NCBI GenBank assembly: GCA_030167865.1
Contig: JALAGF010006491.1
Span: 1-43,767, forward strand
Length of the DNA: 43,767 nt
Source: Craspedostauros australis
Taxonomy: Eukaryota
Direction: 5' to 3'
Positions 33,042 through 41,800 of this stretch are shown here, piece by piece. The notes under the pieces were generated by a model, which had not been told where the DNA came from, ran no database searches, and saw only the letters and a program-made list of their open reading frames with translations. A program made the translations under genes and the position numbers. The first letter of the stretch is position 1, and every line of letters begins with the position of its first letter.

Positions 33042-36000
33042 CTACCACCAACATTGCGGCAGAATCGAAGGAATCAATCCCACCAATACAACGATCCAGA
33101 TCGCGCTAACATTGCGGATGCGAACAGCGCTCCCACTTCCGTCCATCGTCGGCATATTCGTTTGGCTCGGAGTACCCGGAGTACCAGGAGGATCTGTGGC
33201 TGTCGGAGTCGTTGGCGTATCGGCTACCGGCATGGAAGTTGGCGCCACTGGGGATGCGACCGGGTCATCCGCGCTCAAGTCTACTGGTGGTGGAATGTCG
33301 AAGCCCAAAATCGAAATCACTGTGGCGCTTTCGATGTGGCCGATACTGTCCTCGCCACAATTCTTCAGCGCCGCGGTGTAGGCGGATTCGTCATCGCTGG
33401 AATCGAAGGCATCGTAGACGATGGCATGGAGGTTCACGCCATCCAGGGTGCGATTCGCCATCCCCGGCACGTACTCCAGATGCACATCGTAGTCGATTGT
33501 GCCAAGGTTGACACCAACTCGAGATGATTGCAACGCCGACAACTGCACCGTCCGAAGCATTACCTGAATGCTCTCAAGAATGATCTCGGGCACATTGACC
33601 GCAACGAACTTGGCGATGTGACCGGCCGTTGCCGATTCCAACGCGGATATCGAAGACTGATCGAGAATTTGGAATGGGTACAAAGCCATTTGCACAGACA
33701 CCAATGCCTGCTCAAGCACGGGTAACACCGGCGCTTTCGTCGGAGAATGCGAGGGTGTGCTCGTGGACGGCAACGTAGACGGTAATTCAGACGGTGTTCC
33801 AGTCGGGCGTGTTGATGGGAGCAATGTTGGTGTGGTTGTTGGTACGGCCGTCGGGCGACTCGTCGGCACAGCAGTTGGTCCGCTACTTGGTAAAGTGCTT
33901 GGTACGCTGCTTGGGACAGTGGTTGGTCCCTCCGAAGGGAGCGTTGATGGCTCCATACTTGGCTGATAGGTGGTATCGTTAGTTGGGCTGGAGCTTGGAA
34001 CCATGCTTGGAATGATGCTGGGAAGAACGCTTGGAAGAGTGCTTGGGATAGTACTTGGAAGAGCGCTTGGAATGATGCTTGGAATGATGCTTGGAATGAT
34101 GCTTGGGATAGTACTTGCAATAGTACTTGGAATAGTGCTTGGGTTGGTGGAAGTTCCGTTGGTCATGTTGGCATCAATGTTGATTGGTGGAGCATCGACT
34201 GTCCCGTTCAAGCCGTCTGTTGTGTTGGTGCTCGTTTCATTTCCGAACTCTGTGGTGGGGTTGAGAGATGGGCCGATGCTCGGCTGTGCGGTTGTCGCAT
34301 CCAACAACGCGCTGGGTTGGTTGGTGGCCGTACCAACCGTCACATTGCTGGTGGGTGCGTGACTTGGGCTGCTGGTCGTCTCGTTCGCTGAAATGGTTGT
34401 TGTGTTGATACTCGGGGCATCTGTTGGGTGGAGCGTCACATTCAACGTCCCCTTATGGGTTGGTCCATTCGTCGGACCATTTGTGGGACCATCTGATGGA
34501 TGACCTGTAGGATTGGTCGTTGGATCATTCGTTGGACCCTTCGTTGGACCATTCGTTGGATCATTCGTTGGGACTGCTGGCACGCCAGTATCGGGAATGT
34601 CTGTCGGTTGTCGAGATGGTACATTTGTGGAAACATGGGCGATACTCGGAGCATCTGTCTGCGTTGTATTCCGGGCGATGACGCTGGTTTCGGTGGGCGC
34701 CTCTGTCACGTTGCCAATGTTGGACGAGTTGCTGTCCAGCAATCTCGTTGTGTTCTGCCCGTCATTCATTCCCCTCGTGGGTGAATTCGTTGCCGTTGCG
34801 TTCGGATACGATGTCGGCAACTCTGTTGCCTCTATGGTATTCGCGGAAGTCGGTGGGAGCGTGTCTTTTGGGCTCGATGTTGGCTGGTCCGTTTGAAGAG
34901 TGTCGTTGCTGCTACTTGCTGTTGGAGCAGAGGTGGTGGTATTGGCAGCGGGTCTTGCTGTTGGGCTTGTTGTTGGTGACAGTGTGCTAACCGGCGCAGC
35001 TGTCGGAGCGACGGATTCGGCTGTCGGGCCGATTGAAGGCACGCCTGTGGGAAGCGCTGTTGTTGGCGCGGCAGTCGCAACTGCTGGTGTACTCGATGGA
35101 GATTGCGAAAGGCTCGACGACTGTGCGTTGCTGGCATCTGCTGGTTGATAGCATCCAGCAGTGATCATTCCATCGCCGAGACCTGCTGGGCAGAACACGC
35201 TGCATGGTTCACCGGCCTTGCAGCAAGAGCTGTACTCCACTCCACAAAAATTGAAGCACTCGCAGCTCGGATCTATCGCTTGCGCGATACTTGGTGGAAG
35301 ATGATCCTCCAACAAAGTGGGACACTCGGACTGGGTACCCATGGTGGAGGGACATGGGTTGGCAATGACCTGATCTAATTGGCAAGATGAGCCGTACGTG
35401 TTGTTTCCCAGGTACGTGCAGGAACAGGTAACACGATCTGCTTGATCATCGATGTACGTCACGGAACTTCCAGCCTTCGCACACACCGCATCACCCGATG
35501 CCGTGTTCGTAATCGTGCAGTACGGGCATCGGATATCGCCCTCTGTGCTGCCCGTGTCGCAATAGCACATGAAGTCTGTTTCATCGACAACTGGATCGTA
35601 GTTGGAACACTCCGTCACAGATCGGGAGAAATTGCCCAGCGGTTCCCCCTGCAGAAATGTCACGGTCGACGATGGTTCACCGGCGACACTTTCGAAGCTG
35701 CACGCGGGCTCTTGCCCAGCGCTTGAATCGCCGTCAACACGGCAACCCGCAACATTGACTTGATCCGCTGGGCATGCCCCCGTTGAGCAAGGTTCGTTGA
35801 ACTTGCAGCAGTTGGAGTAGGACGAGCCGCAGAAATTACTTCGCAGTTCGTGGCACGGAAACAGGAAGTAGAATTATCCGGAGATGGGAAGTGATAGCAA
35901 GGGCAATGGCAGTGGCATTGTCAGAGTTGTGCATGCATGGGCGGTGCAGATTGCGAAGGCACAAATTGCGCAGGCACAGATTGAACAAGCATATACTGCT

Positions 36001-36330
36001 GCCATCATGGCATCCCGACGTACTCGTTCAAACACACCAGTATGCTTGCTCTAAAAGCTCGATCAAGCCAACTCACAAGCAGTCGCAATCCTCCGTCACA
36101 TCCTGTGGGAGCTGCTGCACTCTCAATGGATTGCAAAGATCGGTGGACGATTGGAGAGTACATATCTGTTGTTCAGTCGCCGATGATGACGATGACGATG
36201 ACGGCATTGCTAGCATCGGTGTTGGTGTTGGTTGCGCATCTGGTAGGTGCGACGAAGCATCAGCTGCGGCCTCCGAAAAGAAAAGCAGCGCCTGTATTGC
36301 TGAGAGTGTCAGGGAATGGGCGAGCGTCAT
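33042..36330 (-). CDS. Secreted/cell-surface Cys-rich and mucin-like (P/T/S) protein, probably GPI- or membrane-anchored; 2 exons, 1016 aa
   Basis: Exon 1 36330-36077 (signal peptide MTLAHSLTLSAIQALLFFSEAAADA), intron GTGAGT...AAG 36076-35839, exon 2 35838-33042. Splicing restores CDC-F-NFCGSSYSNCC, matching the internal paralogous repeat CECFNFCGVEYSSCC. Long PT/PS stalk with many NxT/S sequons, a globular segment and a hydrophobic C-terminus (GSGSA..VSAIWIVVLVGLIPSIL). Confidence 0.85.
33994..34143 (-). repeat. Degenerate 12-bp coding repeat (PSxx)n, ~12 copies
   Basis: CTTGGAATGATG-like units encoding PSTI/PSII/PSAL/PSVL. A second (TNGP/TNDP)n array lies at ~34458-34572. Confidence 0.85.
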
Positions 36331-37774
36331 GATGGCTGTCAGATCAACGCCGTCCAACACTGAAACTTGTCCTTTGACCTTCGGTTCAATTGTAGAATGT
36401 GCTCGTTCCTCTTCGCACCAGCATCAGAACGTGACGGTATCTGCTTGATGCACCGCTCTGTGTACTTGTGACCTTGATCCCGAATGAGCTCTCTATCTCA
36501 GTGGAATGGAATCACATTGTGGCTTCGAGACGAAAGTTGCGCGTTGGGCATTGCGCGACGGCGTCCTTTCGAGTTCGACAAGCGATCAGCTGATTTGGTG
36601 CAGATGATGCGATTCTCGAAGCATGGAATTCCAACATGACGATCGAGTACTCTGCTAACGAAAGCACGCAACATGAAAGGAAGATAGTACTGCTCCCAGA
36701 GTGTTGCTGTTGCTGTTGACAACGATGGATGGCGGTTGGCATGCCTTGGTGTGATGAGGTGAATGTGGCCACGAGAAAACAAACCGGGAAACTGTCGCCA
36801 CTTTTTGCGTCACCCCCAAGACTGAGCACGAACGCCAACCGCGAAAAATGTGATGGTTTTCGGCAACTCCACACATTCCAAAAATTATACTCTGACGTTA
36901 TTGCCACTATGTCCGTTTGTACCGATCGGGCTGTTGCAAAATCGCTTCACCTTCTCCAACTTCATGTGTAACTCCATGTTTCTCTTCTCTCGACGCAGAT
37001 AATCCACCAGCCCGGCGACTAGATACTGCTTCGCGCCAAGTGGTGAGGCTCTGGGGCGGACAGCCATGCACCGGTGCATCTTCTTGATGGGAATCTGCGT
37101 GGACACCCGCGTCATAGGACCTGCAGATCTCGAGATGCTGCATGGTCCACCATCAACTGCTGAATATTTACATGCCTGTACTCGTGCTCATGCTTGCACT
37201 CGTATGGAATGCATTGAATGTACAAGCATGGCCTTGGCCATGGTCACGGATCATGATCTTCTTCATGGCGACATGCTCATGTATGGCACCAGAAAACGTT
37301 TCAAGATTGGCCAACTGCGGCGTTGGAAGCAGTGTTCCGTCCATCTTGCGGAGCGCAGCTGTTGCTAGCGTGTCCGCCCTCCTCATATCTACTGCGCAAC
37401 TATCGTGCTTCCTGGCTCACGAATCTGCATTGCGCCACCATCGCAAGTTGAACGCAGCGATTCAGTCGGCATTCCGAACCTCGTGTTGGCCTCGGGAGTT
37501 GCGCACGCGTATCGTAGAATGTATGGTGGCAGCATGTTTGTGCGCTTGGCAGTTGTCCCTGCTTCCAGCTCTGCGATGCCATCATCACCTCCCGGATGCG
37601 TCGATTGAGAAAAGCACTCATGGATCCATGCGGTAGTTCGTAGGCATGCATTTGAATCACTCAAGCAGTCCATCACTTGGCCTTTGTAGTCGTAGTCGTA
37701 CTCGTGCTCCGTACCCGTCCCCAGCCTTTGCCATCTCCGCCGTTGCCAGTACGGCTGCCATGGCTTTGCCCAAG

Positions 37775-38245
37775 TCAAATCAGCCAGCTTGGGCCAATTT
37801 CTTTCCACATGCTGTAGTCGTTCTCCGTGTAAGCGAACGCGGCAAGGAAGATCATTCCATTCACAGCGTAGGCCGCGAAGCAGACGAGGCACACGTCCTT
37901 CATGACGTACAGAATCCGGGCCAGGTACAGCGAGATAGCAAGCGATGCCGTCGCGCCGGCTCTGATGACGAGGAAGGGAAGGAAGGGCGCGAAGAGCATC
38001 AATCCGTAGAATATCAAGCCCAGACCAGCATTGGGCAGATCCAGAGCGTGGCCTTTGGGCACGATGCCCCAGTAGGACAGCAGGTGGGAGTACTTGGATG
38101 TCAGCACCTTGCTACATGATGCTCTGTCGGAAATGTCACATGCTGCCTTGTAGTGCGGCAGCGTCGCCGCCTTGTGCTCGACGTGCAGCGCGTAGCAGGA
38201 CACACCGATGCCCAGCACTGAGAGGTACGGGATCCAAGTAATCAT
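37775..38245 (-). CDS. VKORC1: Vitamin K epoxide reductase complex subunit 1-like
   Basis: LGIGVSCYALHVE, YKAACDISDRASCSKVLTSKYS (loop Cys pair), LDLPNAGLG..FY, SLYLA.IL and active-site CLVC followed by YAVN. Hydrophobic helices throughout. Likely ATG at 38245 within track ORF 37775-38326. Confidence 0.92.
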   Translation of the reverse strand: MITWIPYLSVLGIGVSCYALHVEHKAATLPHYKAACDISDRASCSKVLTSKYSHLLSYWGIVPKGHALDLPNAGLGLIFYGLMLFAPFLPFLVIRAGATASLAISLYLARILYVMKDVCLVCFAAYAVNGMIFLAAFAYTENDYSMWKEIGPSWLI

Positions 38246-38497
38246 TGTAGCAAGTTGCTCGTAGCTTGGTTCTTCGTAGCGTTGTGGTTGTATCGGTCCG
38301 TTGCTTTGGTTGCTGCTCCTGGACACTGGACGTGGATACGATCAGTTCTTTCGATGCAGGATGTGCGCAATGGATTGGAGAGTGTCTGGGTGCTCTGCTC
38401 TGCTCTGTTCTGCCAACGCTAGTGATCTCCTGTTTCTTTGTTCGATTGGGCTGCGGAAAGTGCGTGTTTTGCTGTTCAATGCAGATTATGACCATCC

Positions 38498-38797
38498 TGT
38501 TGGTGCAGTAGAGTCTGAGCGGAACAAAACCGCCGGAATGGAATCCGGACGGAGCAAGGACGCGAATGCCAACCACCGATGCAAATCAACGGCTGGGAGC
38601 CATCACCAACATCATGCCGCGCAGCACAAGGCAAACAGCAAGAAGATGGCGAACAAGAACAACAAGCAAACAAAAGCACACAAACTTGTGTAAACTATCT
38701 GATTACACCACCCACAACAATCTCACTTCTCTGCTTCTAGTCTATCTCTTCGGTTCATTGCCGGGTTGGGACTGTGGCAAGAGTTGTTGTTTCAACA
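38498..38797 (+). repeat. 5' LTR (300 bp, TGTTG...CAACA)
   Basis: The start is fixed by identity to 43753-43767. The end is inferred from the terminal inverted TGTTG/CAACA, 33 bp before the gag ATG. Confidence 0.85.
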
Positions 38798-38812
38798 TAG
38801 TTTACACAAGTT
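38798..38812 (+). promoter_or_regulatory. Primer-binding-site position (TAGTTTACACAAGTT), complementary to LTR 38683-38697
   Basis: Immediately follows the LTR terminal CA and does not begin with TGG. It is the exact reverse complement of AACTTGTGTAAACTA inside the LTR. Confidence 0.75.
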
Positions 38813-38830
38813 GCCCGCTCTATCCCTGCG

Positions 38831-41800
38831 ATGAGCAAAGAAACCAAGCCCAACCCGACAAAGCCCAAGGGCGGCGTTGGGAAGGCAAACAACCAACACA
38901 GACGTTATCCGACGCCCCGCAAGTCCACGTTCGCTGGCGCGTGCGACGCACTCGATGGGCGCATTTTTGACTGTTCAGCATCCCGCACAAAGCAGGTGCT
39001 CCAGTACACAAAGACTCTTGACGCCATTGTGATCTACGCTGGAACAACGTACAGCCCATACGTGCGAAAGGCCCTCGACAACATGGAGCCGACGACCTTC
39101 GATCCACCAGCTCGATACGCGAACGACGCGGACGACTACACCAAGGACCTCTGGAGGGCTCAATACAGGATGTATAGCGCACGAGTGGAGAACTACAGCA
39201 CCAAGATGATGGAGGTCTACGCCCTCATCCTCGGACAGTGCACCGACCTCATGCGCAGCCGCTTGACAGAGTCAACTGGGTTCGCAGCTGCCAAGTCGGC
39301 ACAAGACCCACTCAAGCTCCTTGAAGTCATCAAGAACGTGTCGTTCGATATCAACTCCAGTGAGAACATCGCCGTCACCATCTACAAGGCAATCAAGGCG
39401 TTCTACGCGATCCGCCAGACACCTCATCAGCCACTCCTTGAATACTACGAGACGTTCCTCTCACAGATCGAAGTCAACAAGAGCATTGATGCCAACCTTA
39501 CTGGACATGATGGCCTCAACGACATGGCCGTGGAGCTGTCGGCACACGATGAACTGACCGATGACAATCGGGCCAACATCCACGCGATCCGACGCGAGCG
39601 ATTCCTTGCAGTCGCATTCTTGGAGGGCGCCGACCAGGGACGCTACGGCAAGCTCGTCGAAACCCTTCACAATGACTACCTCCTGGGCAGCAACAACTAT
39701 CCAAGTGGCGTGACCGATGCATACAAAATGCTTGAGAACTTCCAGAACAACCCCAAGTACAACTCTGAACCTGGCGGTCCAAGCAACAAGGGCGCGGCCT
39801 TTGCCACCGTTAACGGCGCCAACAGCAAACCAGCAGGCACCGACGCCAGCACTCTCGTCACCGCAGGTGCGCCACACGGAGCCAACGATGAAGGAGATCA
39901 CAACTACCACAACTACGCGCTCAACCAGTCGCCCAATCCCATCCCGGACACATGGTGGCTGCTCGACAACCAGTCAACGGTCGACATCTTCGCTGATGGT
40001 GGATATCTCTACGACATCCACGAGGTCGATGAATACCTCACTGTTCACTGCAACGCCGGGACAGCAACCACCAACCTGATGGGCACTCTCCCAGGGTACG
40101 GCGCAGTGTGGTATCATCCTGACGGAGTGGCCAACATACTCTCGCTCAGCAACATCAAGGATCGTTTCCGCATCACGTTCGACAGCGCTGGTGACAACCG
40201 GTTCATCATCCACAAGCCGGACGGCACCACCAAGGCCTTCGAAGAGTCCAGCTCTGGCCTCTACTACCATGACACGACAGTGTACCGCGGATCTGTCCTG
40301 GTGACTACTGTAGCGGGTAACAAGTCTAAGTTCTCGTCTATCGATTACTCACGTGCTCAGCTTGCCCGTTCTGTCCAGCAGCGCATTGGTCGTCCGTCCA
40401 CTCGCAACTACATCAAGTATGTAAACAACAACATGATCCAGAACTGCCCCGTCACCAGTAAGGACATTCGCAATGCCGAGCTCATCTTCGGTCCTGATCT
40501 CGGATCACTCAAAGGCAAGACGGCTCGCACCACATCACCGCAAGTGCAAGCAGAAATCACTGCTTTGCCCTTCTCCATCCTGCGTCAGTATCAGGAAGTC
40601 ACACTCTCCGTGGACATCATGAAGGTGAACAAGATCCCATTCCTCGTCACCATTGCAAAGCACATCAAGCTTGGCACTGCTCACAAACTAGACTCCGAGT
40701 CTAGCACATCCATCACCAAGAGCATCATGATGATCGTGCGGGTCTACCAACAGCGTGGATTCAAGGTGGTCATGGTCCTCACCAACAACCAGTTCGAGCC
40801 CATCCGCGGCGCACTCGCAGCAGCAGGGACAGCGCTCAACGTCACAGCTCGTGACGAGCACGTCCCAGCAGTTGAGAGATACATTCGGACTATCAAAGAA
40901 CGCACCCGCAGCATGTACAACGCGCTGCCATTCAAGCAGTACCCGCCAGGCCTCCTCATTGAGATGGTATACACCGCTGTGTACTGGCTGAACATGTTCC
41001 CGCATCACGACGGGATCTCCAAGCGAATGAGTCCGGCTGAGATTGTGGTTGGACGCAAGCTTGACTTCCACAAGCACTGCAAGGCGGAATTTGGAACGTA
41101 CGTGCAGACGCACGAACAGCATGACAACAGCATGCATCCCAGAACCATCGCAGCACTTGCACTGCGACCATCTGGAAACGACCAGGGAAGCTACCACTTC
41201 TACAGCCTTCTCACCGGAAGGATCCTGCACCGTAACAACTGGACGGAGTTGCCGATGCCAGATGCTGTGATTAAACACGTTCACGATCTTGCCAAGCAGA
41301 AGAAAGGCCAGAATGACATCGTGTTCACAGATTCACACGACAACATCGTGATGTTGCCGACCATCGGTGCAACCAAGGACGATCCCAATGACGCAGATTA
41401 CGATCCAGATGACGAATCTGAGGCCAGCGAAGAGTCGCTTGATGCTGACATCGAGTCAGATGAGGATTCCAATGACGATGACTCGGACGGCGATGATGCC
41501 GATGATGATGATCCAAACGATGCGGACTACGATCCCGCTGATGAGTCGGAGGCCAGCGACGATCCGCTGGAGCTCTATGTCGGCGCAGAGGGCGGCAACG
41601 ATGATGATGATGAAGAGGAGGAGGAGGAGGAGGATGAGGAGGCGGATGACAGTGGCAGCGATGATGACAGCACCTTTGTCCCGAGTGACGCGGACGAGGA
41701 CGATCACGACGATGATCACGATCCTGATGCTGCTGGACTTGAGCAAGAGGAAGCCGGCGCACTCTTGCCCGCCAAAGAGACAATGGACCAGCCAGCCATT

